Positions 39,332-48,822 of a stretch of DNA of 48,822 bases are shown piece by piece; positions within the stretch are counted from its first letter, which is position 1; each line of letters begins with the position of its first letter. The notes beneath the pieces are model-generated. The model was not told the DNA's origin and searched no databases. It saw only the letters and a program-made list of their open reading frames with translations. The DNA is taken from NCBI GenBank assembly GCA_051439605.1, contig JBFRWN010000020.1:1-48822 (forward strand). Reading direction: 5' to 3'. The stretch comes from Synechococcus sp. (lineage in GTDB: Bacteria > Cyanobacteriota > Cyanobacteriia > Thermostichales > PCC-7336). Position numbers and translations under genes: made by a program.

Positions 39332-40021
39332 AGATACTGAGGACAGATAATTTTTGATAGCCATGCAGCACGGATTCGATCGTGACTACCGATCGGCCAT
39401 GGGGGACGGCCATTGAAAGCGTTACCCAAAAGAAGCAGGTACTGACCCTTGAAGCTTTAACGAAGGAGCAAATTTCGATTAAGCGAACAGGGGTCTAACC
39501 ACTGAGTTAACTGTTAATGGAAGTTCGGGTGCACGGTCAAGATCGCTACACCGACCGAAGCCCCAATCCATTAAGCCACGCTTTCTAGCAACACTGCCAC
39601 GACACTCAACAGGATACACAGCAGTAGTCCCACATCAAATGCTTTGCCTGCAGGTGTGTCAGTTTCAAAAATGACTTCGTACAACGTTGCGCGCCACGAC
39701 CTTGCATCCATCAACTTGAAACCCTATGGGAACGGCAATCTAGCCCAAATAATTGACAGGTGTATCTAATGGTATTCCTCAATGACGCGCCCGCGACTGA
39801 GCAATGTATAGCTTTGGGTGCCCGAAGCTGTCAGCATAATGGCCTCAATCAGCGGATCGCTGACCTCGCTTTCCGACATCCATTCCACAATGAAATTAGC
39901 CCCCGACCTCCCGCTGCGATCGCTTCAGACAGTGGAAAACTTGGTGATTGCCAGTGTCGATAAATTGAGTGACTCTACTATTTAAGTTCTGGCAAACGGC
40001 TACAGCGATCGATCGAGACGA

Positions 40022-40651
40022 TTAGGCCAAGTAATTTTTCAATCCGCCGAGCATCATCTGCACCCCAATTGTTGCCAGCAACAAACCGCCAATGCGAGCC
40101 AATACTGCAACAGTGGTTGGCTTGGCTTGCCCAATCAGCTGGCCGAGCCAGGTGTAGGACATGTAGGCGGCGAGTGCCACCGCAGCGACACCAACGAGCG
40201 CCACAACAATGCCTTCGAGTGAATCTCCTTGGGCCGCAATCGCAATCGTTGTCGTGAGTGCACCGGGACCGGCGATTAGCGGGATCGTCAGCGGAATTAG
40301 CAGCGTGTCTTCCTCTTCGGGGCCTCTCTTGCGCACAGTCTCCCCCTGAGCCTTACTGGCGCCGCCACCGTAGAGCATCTCAAATCCCATTAGGGCGATG
40401 ACCAATCCACCCACTGTCCTGAAGGCATCGAGATCGATACCCAGGATATCGAGGAACTCCCGACCGATTAAGGCGGCCCCACCGAGGATGAGGGCAACAT
40501 TGAGGGCGACCCGAACTGCCGAGGCATTGCGATTGCGGGGTGGATCGGAAATGGCCTGATTGAAGAATAGGATCTTCACCGGATCGAAAGCCGACGTAAT
40601 CACCAGCATGGATATGGTTGACTGGATGTAGAATCCGGCATCAATAGTCAT
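40022..40651 (-). CDS. MarC family membrane protein
   Basis: DPV, LGI.LDAFR.VGG, IPLTIPLIAGPG and RIGGLLLATIGVQM. Confidence 0.9.
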   Translation of the reverse strand: MTIDAGFYIQSTISMLVITSAFDPVKILFFNQAISDPPRNRNASAVRVALNVALILGGAALIGREFLDILGIDLDAFRTVGGLVIALMGFEMLYGGGASKAQGETVRKRGPEEEDTLLIPLTIPLIAGPGALTTTIAIAAQGDSLEGIVVALVGVAAVALAAYMSYTWLGQLIGQAKPTTVAVLARIGGLLLATIGVQMMLGGLKNYLA

Positions 40652-40895
40652 GGATAACTCCCGTGCGATCGCGAGTTGAGGGGGTCATTTCAGTATTGCG
40701 ATCGTGAAGCAAATGAGAATTGACCGCAGTGTTGGGGATAGGACTGATAGTATCCGGGATGAGCTTAGTGTTATCCCTGCAAGCCCGCAAGAGCTGGAAC
40801 GCAACTGTGAATGGTTCGGGCTCCAGCTGCTGAGCATTGGGGGATTTTCCCCACCATCCAGAAAATCACTTTACAACCCAGGCAGGAAATAGATA

Positions 40896-41381
40896 ATGGC
40901 AAACCTAACGGTATGGAAATTCGACACTGCTGACGGGGCGAGTAACGTGCTCGCGACGCTGTCAGAGTTGCAGAAACAGCACTCGATCGAAATTCAAGAC
41001 GCAGCAATTGTGACTTGGCCGGAAGGGAACAAGAAACCCAAAACAGAACAGGCACTTCCCTTAGTCAGCTTAGGGGCATTAGATGGGGCTTTTTGGGGGA
41101 TGTTGTTCGGTCTCATCTTCTTTGTGCCCCTGATTGGAGCAGCAGTTGGTGCCCTTGCCGGTGCCCTATCCGGTCACTTTCAAGACTACGGCCTCAACGA
41201 TGATTTCATCAACGATATTCGCGAGAAGGTGACGGAAGGCACTTCAGCTTTGTTTTTGCTGACGGGAGAAGTGACCGTCGACAAGGTTCAAGCAGCCCTG
41301 GCAGGACTAACTGCAGAACTGATTCAATCCAATCTTTCAAACGAACAGGAAGATATGTTGCGCGAGCGCTTTAGTGCTTAG
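40896..41381 (+). CDS. DUF1269 family membrane protein
   Basis: L.V..F...GA, I.DAA.V.W, GAFWGMLFGL.FFVP.IGAAVG, DYG..DDFI and GTSALF. Confidence 0.88.
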   Translation: MANLTVWKFDTADGASNVLATLSELQKQHSIEIQDAAIVTWPEGNKKPKTEQALPLVSLGALDGAFWGMLFGLIFFVPLIGAAVGALAGALSGHFQDYGLNDDFINDIREKVTEGTSALFLLTGEVTVDKVQAALAGLTAELIQSNLSNEQEDMLRERFSA

Positions 41382-41458
41382 GCATAACGTTCGGCAGTTT
41401 ACAAAGGGCTTTACCCTGAGGTACGGCCTCCATCCCCCCACCCGATTTCAACTGTCAC

Positions 41459-42064
41459 TCATGCAGATTGCAATGGTGTTGTCTCGGATGGTGAATCGCT
41501 GACTATGCTTCTCCGAATTGCCGTTGACATCATTAAGACTGCCAATCCACCGATCATCAGCTTGATGCCAATCAACATGCCGAGCAGCCATTCAGAAATT
41601 TGGGGCCAACCACTCCAGATGAGCATGCCGACTACGATACCGGTGATGCCGCTAAACAACACCCAACCCCAACCTTCCGTCGGTCTCATATCAAAGGCGT
41701 GAATCGCATTGATAACACCATCAATGAGAATCAAAATGCCGACAATCAATGTGAGGGTGAGCATGCCCTCAAACGGCTGCTTTAGTAGTACTCCACCGGC
41801 AACTAAGTAGAGCAGACCCAGCAATACCTGCAGGACAAACCAACCTGCCCCAAGCTCGCGAGTCGAGAAGGCATAGATAACGTGTAAGATGCCATACAAA
41901 AAGAAGATAAATCCCACGAATAATGTGATGGCGATTGCGGCTGCAAAGGGTTCGAGGCAGGCCAGCACACCCGCAGCAATCATCAGGATGCCAAGGAGTA
42001 CTGCCCACGCCAAGCTCTTTCTCAGCTCTTGTCGCGTCTTTGGATCCGCAGTAATTCTGATCAC
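41459..42064 (-). CDS. HdeD / DUF308 family membrane protein
   Basis: Six TM helices with the duplicated DUF308 pattern, GWGW.LFSG and WP..S.W.LG.LIGI. Confidence 0.88.
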   Translation of the reverse strand: MIRITADPKTRQELRKSLAWAVLLGILMIAAGVLACLEPFAAAIAITLFVGFIFFLYGILHVIYAFSTRELGAGWFVLQVLLGLLYLVAGGVLLKQPFEGMLTLTLIVGILILIDGVINAIHAFDMRPTEGWGWVLFSGITGIVVGMLIWSGWPQISEWLLGMLIGIKLMIGGLAVLMMSTAIRRSIVSDSPSETTPLQSA

Positions 42065-42357
42065 GATCGATAAGCTCCTATTGTTTGAAACGGTATTGGA
42101 ACGTATCGGGCCATAGTGCCGGTAGCTTTATGAGCGTGCAAATCGCATCAAATAGATTGCCAATTTTTTTGTCAACAATCCTTCAAGGTTACGCCATGAA
42201 TCTCTATCACAACTGTATAGAGAAGTATAACAATTCTCCTGCTGGTGGAAGGAAAATCTAAAAGAATCTACATCAATTAATGCCCCCACAGAAAAAGGGA
42301 TAACAATACCTTAGTATTTACTTTGAAAAATGCATTCTAAGTTGCCTTATTTCGGTA

Positions 42358-43650
42358 TCAAAAAGTAGACAAAGGTGCGAAGATCGTCAGTCCGTTGGGG
42401 ATACAAACAAACTCGGCTGGATTCGCTTCAATCATTTCGCCATCCACAACCAATTTTTGCGGCGGATCGGTGAACACTTTGATTTTGTTGGTGCGCAAGC
42501 AAATCAGGTCCTCCCGCTCGAACTGCGTTTTGACCATGGCAGAGGTAAACAAACTAGCCATCGTATTGATAGTTTGCAACCCCCCCACTGCGGTTGCAAT
42601 TGTCACATCCAGCAACCCATCGTCAGGAATCACTTGTCCCAGCCCCTGAGCCATTACTGAGGTAGGAGGAGCGGCATTCGCAACGGTCAGGGCTCCGGTT
42701 TGAATCTCTATCTTGCGATCGCCGATTTCGACCTCGGCCTTGAATGGCTGTTGCTCGAACATTTGCAGGGCTCCAGACAGTATGTAGGCCAGCGGACCCA
42801 GGCGATTCTTCATTTCTCGGTCGGCCTTTTCCACCATGCCCGCTTCAAAGCCAATCCCCGTTAATAGGACCATGGGCAAATCGTTACAGCGGGCGGCATC
42901 CACTTGGCGGGTATTGCCACCTGCGATGGTTTCGCAGGCTAGCCGTAAGTCTGTCGGTATACCTAACGCCACCGAAAAAGCATTGGCGGTTCCTCTGGGA
43001 ATTACCCCTAGCGGGACTCCCGTCGAAATGGCTGCGCCGGCGATCGCCGACACCGTTCCGTCGCCACCGGAGGCAATGATGAAATCCGTATTGTCTTCGT
43101 CATTCCTGGCCAGAATTCGATCGATAACCTCTTTGGCTTGAACGGCGGGATCGATATCTGGTTGGGTAAAAATGGCGTTCAGATGGACGGCTGGTTCTAA
43201 AATTTGACGAATTAAGGCTAGGTCGCGATCGGGATCCCCCTGACCGGCAACGGGATTGAAGATTAGGTGGCCGACCCGGCTTTTCGCCACCGCACGTATG
43301 GCTAATTCAGCAGTAGCTAGGTTCGTCGCGAGGGGAACGTTGTGAATGTTGCACACCCGCAAGAGGCTGGAAATATCGGGTTCGTGAGGTTGCTTGCTCG
43401 ACGGATCGAAGAGAAAAACAACCCCTACTACGTCTCCCTCAACGATGCGAGCCGCAATCTGCAAATCGCCCCCTGCCAAACCTGACGCCAGACATTCCAC
43501 TGGGAGCCCCGTCCCTTCGGCAATTCTCCGTCCGGTGCCCTCGGTGGCGATTAGGTGATATCGCGATAGGATGGTGCGATATTGTTTTGCCAGCGCAACC
43601 ATCTCAGCTTTTTTGGTGTCGTGGGCGATCAGGGCAACGGTATTTGGCAT
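42358..43650 (-). CDS. Methylglyoxal synthase - YegS/BmrU lipid kinase fusion
   Basis: N-domain ALIAHD.KK, GGDLQI, PHEPDI, PLATN; C-domain IFNPVAG, SGGDGT, IPRGTANAF and VDGE. Confidence 0.88.
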   Translation of the reverse strand: MPNTVALIAHDTKKAEMVALAKQYRTILSRYHLIATEGTGRRIAEGTGLPVECLASGLAGGDLQIAARIVEGDVVGVVFLFDPSSKQPHEPDISSLLRVCNIHNVPLATNLATAELAIRAVAKSRVGHLIFNPVAGQGDPDRDLALIRQILEPAVHLNAIFTQPDIDPAVQAKEVIDRILARNDEDNTDFIIASGGDGTVSAIAGAAISTGVPLGVIPRGTANAFSVALGIPTDLRLACETIAGGNTRQVDAARCNDLPMVLLTGIGFEAGMVEKADREMKNRLGPLAYILSGALQMFEQQPFKAEVEIGDRKIEIQTGALTVANAAPPTSVMAQGLGQVIPDDGLLDVTIATAVGGLQTINTMASLFTSAMVKTQFEREDLICLRTNKIKVFTDPPQKLVVDGEMIEANPAEFVCIPNGLTIFAPLSTF

Positions 43651-43803
43651 GGTGGAATTAAAGCACAAATAGCGAGATTCAGTAACGGCCCTCTTCTCGC
43701 GATAAGATGCCCTCTAGCTAACGTTTGAGAGACAGAGAGTTCCAAGAAATCCGGCCCGGATGTCAGCATTCGGGCCGGGCAACAGTTCGTAACAAGGGAC
43801 GAT

Positions 43804-45591
43804 CTATCGGGCGCCAATCCTCACCACATCCCCGTCAAACGTCGGAACGGTCAACACAAACGGATCGGTTGGATAACACAGCGCCTGTTCTTCAAGGATG
43901 CCAATCGCGATTTCTTCCCCCATGCGCAGACTGTCGTAGTAGTCCGAGTAGTAATGCACGCCTGCCATGTTGCGACCAATGGAAATGTTGGCCGCGAGCT
44001 TGTTCAGCTCACCTTCTAGGGTGAGGAAGTCGCCGTCCGTGGAGGCTACCAGATTGGCACCCAGAGCATCCGGCTCGTACTGAACCGCAACGTCGTCGGG
44101 TTCGTACAGCGCAAACAAATCCCTAGGCTGGCCATCGATGACGCGACGAACAAACACTGCGTCGGTATCGAAAAACGCCTTCAGAATCGTTACGCAGGCA
44201 CCGGCTACGGTTGCATGTCCTGCTCCATAGGAGGGGTGCATGGGTGACCCTTCCTGAAACGCCATGGGCAGGAATGCCGTCGCCGTTGGGTTGAAGGCAC
44301 GGATAGCACCAACAGTTGGTGCAATAGCTGCCGCCAGTTGGGAAAAAGGCGTCCCGATCTGAGGAAAAGCGGTCTCGATCGCTGTCGCGAACTCGATTCG
44401 TGCGGCCAAGGCTTCAGGGCGAAGGCGAATGTGGGTGTTGAACTTCTGAAAACGCACCGCTTTCAACGCACGCGTGGCAACCTCGGTGACAAGGGTCAGA
44501 ATGTGAGGACCACCGTACAGGGCAAAACCGCCTGCCTCGCGCGGGTGATCTTCGAGCGGGTCCACAAGCGGGTTCAAGAGGTTTGCGCTCACATCCAGGC
44601 TGTTGAGGAAATAGTTGCCTTGGCCGGAGAGATTTGAAAATCCCGGATCGAACGGCGTCCTCATGGACAGCAGAATGAGACACGCGTTGAGATAGGCCTC
44701 GTACAATGCATCGTCGTGAACGTAAGTGGCCAAGTCTCTTGGAAAGGTAATAAAGCGGCGAGGCGCGATGGCAGCATCAGCAAACAGGGTTGAGTTATCG
44801 CGCAGATCTGCGCCATTTTGAGCTTGCAGCCAAGTCGTTGAGGTTGTTAAATAGTTCACCGGCGTTGCGACAGGAACCCGTTGATTGATTTGCAGCGCAC
44901 CGTACTGAATGTAACCATCTGCCACACTCCCTCCGTTTGGCTCGGGTTGGTCGTTGCCAATCAGCATGAACTGCGACAAGTAAGGTCCAACTTCTACTTT
45001 TGGCGAAGACCCCCGAAATAGCGTCTGTTCAGTTAGGATACCGCCCTCAGTCGTACGAGGCCGGCCTGGAAATCCTGCTGTAGTGTAGGGCAATGCGTTT
45101 AGATTAGCGATGGTAGCGCTAACTGCCGGATCGCCAGCACCGCTGCTGGTGAAGGCAGTGAGTGGCCGATCGCGAAGCAACGCCAACTCGTAAACTTCTG
45201 CCATTTCGTAAGCCAGCTCGTCGGAGCCAAGGGCCGGTGCAGGCGCCATCGTGACAGCTTGCGGATCTGGACCTTCCAGCTCGTAGACGAGACCCGCGGT
45301 AGGCGCCTCCCAGGGTCGTTCTTTGTCAGGTGATGAACGAACCTGGGCCGTGAACGCGTCGATGAATCCCTCGTCGATCGCCCGGCGAAACCCTTCAAAG
45401 TCCTCTTTGTTAACGATAAGACCGGTATCAGGGTTGTGGCGCAAGCCTTTGGTAAAGCTCATGGCGTAGTTGGCTGAGGCATAGCGTTGCTCGTCACCGT
45501 TACCCAGGTGTTGAGGATAGTCGCGTTCCTTGGCCAAGTCGGCCGAAGACACTCGTAAGCGATATGCTTCTTCTCGGCGGTTCACAGTCAT
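43804..45591 (-). CDS. Vanadium-dependent haloperoxidase (red-algal/cyanobacterial bromoperoxidase type)
   Basis: SFTKGL.H, E..E.Y..ALLRD, GPYLSQF, KAVRFQKF..H.RLRPEA, EGSPMHPSYGAGHA and ELNKLAANISIGRNMAGVHY.SD. Start at 45591 (ATG) or 45600. Confidence 0.93.
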   Translation of the reverse strand: MTVNRREEAYRLRVSSADLAKERDYPQHLGNGDEQRYASANYAMSFTKGLRHNPDTGLIVNKEDFEGFRRAIDEGFIDAFTAQVRSSPDKERPWEAPTAGLVYELEGPDPQAVTMAPAPALGSDELAYEMAEVYELALLRDRPLTAFTSSGAGDPAVSATIANLNALPYTTAGFPGRPRTTEGGILTEQTLFRGSSPKVEVGPYLSQFMLIGNDQPEPNGGSVADGYIQYGALQINQRVPVATPVNYLTTSTTWLQAQNGADLRDNSTLFADAAIAPRRFITFPRDLATYVHDDALYEAYLNACLILLSMRTPFDPGFSNLSGQGNYFLNSLDVSANLLNPLVDPLEDHPREAGGFALYGGPHILTLVTEVATRALKAVRFQKFNTHIRLRPEALAARIEFATAIETAFPQIGTPFSQLAAAIAPTVGAIRAFNPTATAFLPMAFQEGSPMHPSYGAGHATVAGACVTILKAFFDTDAVFVRRVIDGQPRDLFALYEPDDVAVQYEPDALGANLVASTDGDFLTLEGELNKLAANISIGRNMAGVHYYSDYYDSLRMGEEIAIGILEEQALCYPTDPFVLTVPTFDGDVVRIGAR

Positions 45592-45944
45592 GAATGTCAA
45601 TATCTCCGTAGGTTTTATTCGTACAAACAGTAATTGTTCTCGCTGAAATTAGATAAGCAAGAGAATCACCGGCTGACATTCGAAAAGATTTCCGACGGCT
45701 TTCTTTATTGGAGTACTATCAAACAGGTTTTTTTGATAGTCATTGGTGGAGCAATCTTTCCGTCTGCACTGGGTGGACAGGAGCTCAAATTTCAGGATCG
45801 GGAATCAATAAACTGGTGGCTGAAGCCTGCAAGCTCCAGTTTGTTGTGCTGCTAATCAATACCTCTATTCACTCGCGGCATATGCAGGGTCTTGAGATCG
45901 GCATCCAAAAATCCTCAGTTCAGACAATTAAGTACGCTCTATCT

Positions 45945-47378
45945 TCACGCCAGTACCCAGGTGTCCTTACTGCCTCCCCCTTGAGAAGAATTGACCACGA
46001 GCGAGCCCTTTTTGAGGGCAACTCTAGTCAGACCGCCCGGATGTACGTAAATGTTATCCCCTTGATTTAATACGAACGGCCGCAAGTCCACGTGCCGACC
46101 TTCAACGGTTCCGTCAATCAGGGTGGGGACCCTCGATAAGCTGAGAATGGGCTGTGCGATATAGTTTCTCGGATTTTCAGCAATGTTTTGGGCGCACTCG
46201 GCAAGTTCCGCTCCAGAAGCTGTATTGCCGATGGTCATGCCGAATCCTCCTGACCCGCTGGCGACTTTAATCACCAGCTGCTCGAGATGATTTAATACGT
46301 ATTCGCGATCGCTGTCCCGCCAGCATAAATAGGTGGGAACGTTCGGCAGAATGGCCTCCTCCCCTAGGTAGTAGCGAATCATTTCGGGCACGAACGCATA
46401 GACCACTTTGTCGTCGGCAACACCGGTGCCGGGGGCATTGACAATGGCAACCCTTCCCTGTCGGTACAATCCCATTAACCCCGGCACCCCAAACAAAGAG
46501 TCTGGAGATTGCACCTCTGGATCGACGTAATCGTCATCGATTCTGCGATAGATCGCATCCACCCGTTGCAACCCTTTCGTGGTTATCGTATGCAGGTAGT
46601 CATCGACGACGACTAAGTCGCGACCTTCCACCAGCTGAACCCCCATCTGTTGAGCTAGGTAGGCATGCTCGAAATAAGCGGATTCTTCAACTCCCGGTGT
46701 CAGGACCGCTACGGTGGGTTGAGGCAAAAAAGAGGGGAGCAAATTGAGCAGGGTATCGAGTAATTGGCTGGGATATTCATCAATGGGCCGCACCGACATG
46801 GTCTGGAAAATATCCGGGAATGTGGCCTTCATCACCCGCCGGTTTTCCAACACGTAGGCAATTCCCGACGGCACCCTGATGTTGTCTTCCAAGACGTACC
46901 AACGACCGTCGAGATCGCGCACCAAGTCGGTCCCCGAAATGTGGCACCAGATGTCGTTAGGCGGTTTGATGCCGTTGCAGGTTTTTAAATACCCGGGTGC
47001 AGTTTCAATCACTTCGGCGGGAACAACCCCGTCTCGAACAATCTGGCGATCGCCGTAAATATCCGACAAAAAACAGTTGAGGGCTGTGATTCTTTGTTTC
47101 AATCCTTTTTCAATCCAAGCCCACTCTTCTGCAGTAATAATCCGGGGTATGACATCAAAGGGGAATATTTTCTCTGACCCTTGGCGATCTCCGTAGACGT
47201 TGAACGTTATGCCGAGATTGTACAGGGCAATTTCTGCAGTTTTGCGATGCTTGTCTAACACATCGATTCCTTGCTCCTGCATCCATCGAATTAGCGGCTT
47301 GGCTTGTTCGCGAGGGATACCTTTTTGCACAAACAGTTCGTCGTAGAAGCTTTCCGGGTCGTAGTCGCTCAGACGCAT
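45945..47378 (-). CDS. Circularly permuted type 2 ATP-grasp protein
   Basis: GITF.VYG, PFD.IPRII, VLEDN.RVPSG..Y, SAYFEH.YLA..MG, IYRRIDD, NAPGTGVADDK, HVDLRPF and GGLTRVAL..GSLVVNSSQGGGSKDTWV. Confidence 0.93.
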   Translation of the reverse strand: MRLSDYDPESFYDELFVQKGIPREQAKPLIRWMQEQGIDVLDKHRKTAEIALYNLGITFNVYGDRQGSEKIFPFDVIPRIITAEEWAWIEKGLKQRITALNCFLSDIYGDRQIVRDGVVPAEVIETAPGYLKTCNGIKPPNDIWCHISGTDLVRDLDGRWYVLEDNIRVPSGIAYVLENRRVMKATFPDIFQTMSVRPIDEYPSQLLDTLLNLLPSFLPQPTVAVLTPGVEESAYFEHAYLAQQMGVQLVEGRDLVVVDDYLHTITTKGLQRVDAIYRRIDDDYVDPEVQSPDSLFGVPGLMGLYRQGRVAIVNAPGTGVADDKVVYAFVPEMIRYYLGEEAILPNVPTYLCWRDSDREYVLNHLEQLVIKVASGSGGFGMTIGNTASGAELAECAQNIAENPRNYIAQPILSLSRVPTLIDGTVEGRHVDLRPFVLNQGDNIYVHPGGLTRVALKKGSLVVNSSQGGGSKDTWVLA

Positions 47379-47506
47379 GGTTATCTCTCTTTGCGGTCCC
47401 TGCCGAGATCTCTAGACTTTCTAGTAAAGACCGAAACAGCCTATCGTTGATGTACAAGGGCAACATCAGCCCGTTCGGTCTCAATCTTCAGTAGAAGCCC
47501 TATATC

Positions 47507-48822
47507 TCATGGGGATTGTTGACTGGCCTGAATAGCTTCTTCGATCTCGGTTCCTGTCAGCGATCGCGTCAAAGAAAAATTAAAATCTGTCCCGCTGTTA
47601 GAGGGAATTAAAAATTCCGTTAGGTAGGGTTCGTATTCGCTGGATTCTGCAATGTGGGTGTGAAAGAAAACCGTCGCAATTGCTTTCAAACCCGAACGGG
47701 CTAAGTGCGGATCGGGGCCGACCAGCGCGCGAGGTAGGGTGTCAAATACATTCGACCCCTCGCTTTGCCCTCTGAGGAAGGAAAAGTGAGTCCCCCGTTT
47801 GACCAGTACCAAATACCGCCGATCGGTTTGCAACCACGTAAACGGTTCGATCTGCTCCCCCAATGCCGGGGCAAAAACATCGTCGGTGCTAGCGACGAAT
47901 GCGACCGGGATGTTAATTTGGCTCAGTCCTTCCGGACCAAATACTGCGCTGGTGACGGGATTGATGGCAAACAGAGCGGTCACGCGATCGTCCCGAGTGC
48001 GGTATTCGCCATCCGGAAGGCTCAATATCTGGCATTGCAGCAGCAACGATAAGTTGAACGGAAAGATGGATTGACTGAATTCGCTGCAAGCCCGACTCAA
48101 ATTGCGAAAGTCAATTTGGGCTCCCCCTAATGCCAATGCTGTGAAGCCCCCCAATGATTGACCGATAACCCCCACTTGGCTGGTCTGCACTCGATCGCTC
48201 CAGTCCGGGTCGTTGGCAATTTTCTGCTCTAAATAATCCAGCAAATAGGTGATGTCTCGCGGCCGCTCGATCGCCAGTTGGGTATGTAGGTCCTTGGCAA
48301 ACCCCGCGATGAATTCTTGCGAACCCCCTGCATCGCTGAAGGGATGCTCGAGAGCTGCGACGGCAAAACCGTGGGAGGCAAGATGTTCGGCCAAGTAGGC
48401 AAAGGTATGGCGCGTAGAAGCCATGCCGTGGGAAATTACTACCAGAGGGGCAGGCTCGTTCAGCTCCTGCGGCAGGTAAATATCCGCTGTAATTTCTACC
48501 TGCCGATCGCGCTCGGGATTGATGAAGCGAACCGTGGTTTTAGACCAATCTTGGGGGCCGGGCAGCCTCGGATTGGCCCGATCGGCCACAACGGTATCGA
48601 ACGACGTAAAACCTGCCGAAGCTTTTTGCTGGATGCGGTCGTAAATGTGCTGGCTGGCCAGCAGGATAGCGTTGAATTCTTCAACGACTTGGAAAATCTC
48701 AGACAGGTTAATGCGCAAGTCTTTCAAAGGATAATGGCGAATCCCGTTGAGAACCGTCAACCCTTCCGGGTCGTTGGACGCTAATACTAAAGCCGAACGG
48801 AGTGCCTTGAAGTTGGAATCCG
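47507..48822 (-). CDS. Alpha/beta hydrolase (cyanobacterial DUF1400-type), 5'-truncated by window end
   Basis: Frame is open to the window edge (..ALRSALVLAS.DPEGLTVL); VVISHG, HLASHGFAVAALEHP, RP.DI..LLD, nucleophile GQSLGG and GTHFS. Confidence 0.85.
   Translation of the reverse strand, partial: DSNFKALRSALVLASNDPEGLTVLNGIRHYPLKDLRINLSEIFQVVEEFNAILLASQHIYDRIQQKASAGFTSFDTVVADRANPRLPGPQDWSKTTVRFINPERDRQVEITADIYLPQELNEPAPLVVISHGMASTRHTFAYLAEHLASHGFAVAALEHPFSDAGGSQEFIAGFAKDLHTQLAIERPRDITYLLDYLEQKIANDPDWSDRVQTSQVGVIGQSLGGFTALALGGAQIDFRNLSRACSEFSQSIFPFNLSLLLQCQILSLPDGEYRTRDDRVTALFAINPVTSAVFGPEGLSQINIPVAFVASTDDVFAPALGEQIEPFTWLQTDRRYLVLVKRGTHFSFLRGQSEGSNVFDTLPRALVGPDPHLARSGLKAIATVFFHTHIAESSEYEPYLTEFLIPSNSGTDFNFSLTRSLTGTEIEEAIQASQQSP

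Noticed and set aside
39332..40021. Possible gene or IS remnant downstream of the NACHT gene
   Set aside because: Only short ORFs with no recognisable motifs or terminal repeats.
1..48822. CRISPR arrays, tRNA/rRNA genes, integrases or prophage genes
   Set aside because: No repeat-spacer periodicity, RNA gene signatures or phage/recombinase ORFs were seen by eye.

Overview
A chromosomal window from a cyanobacterium, probably marine or salt-adapted. This rests on abundant HIP1 GCGATCGC octamers, a cyanobacterial ThiE with an N-terminal extension, and glucosylglycerol genes. From left to right it holds: the 3' end of ychF; a decayed ISAs1 transposase; divergent hsp20 and a stand-alone, tail-less groEL paralog; an alkaline-phosphatase-superfamily gene; housekeeping genes (pyrE, carA, asparaginase II, DUF1565, thiE-thiS); a complete glucosylglycerol (GG) cluster (ggpS-glpD plus a highly divergent GpsA-like ORF, gghA-glpK, a GH13 alpha-glucosidase, ggpP); a K+ channel; a ppk2-DUF47-PiT phosphate operon; and an accessory region (DUF389, alkyl sulfatase, MarC, DUF1269, HdeD, MgsA-lipid kinase fusion, vanadium haloperoxidase, circularly permuted ATP-grasp, alpha/beta hydrolase). 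The most striking item is an AT-richer, HIP1-free cassette at about 36.0-39.4 kb. There, a small Bell-like effector ends in an N/Q/G-rich 21-aa motif that is repeated at the extreme N-terminus of the adjacent NACHT NTPase. This is the signature of NLR amyloid signalling, but here the receptor has a multi-pass membrane region and no TPR/WD40 repeats. All calls come from reading motifs by eye; no database searches were run.
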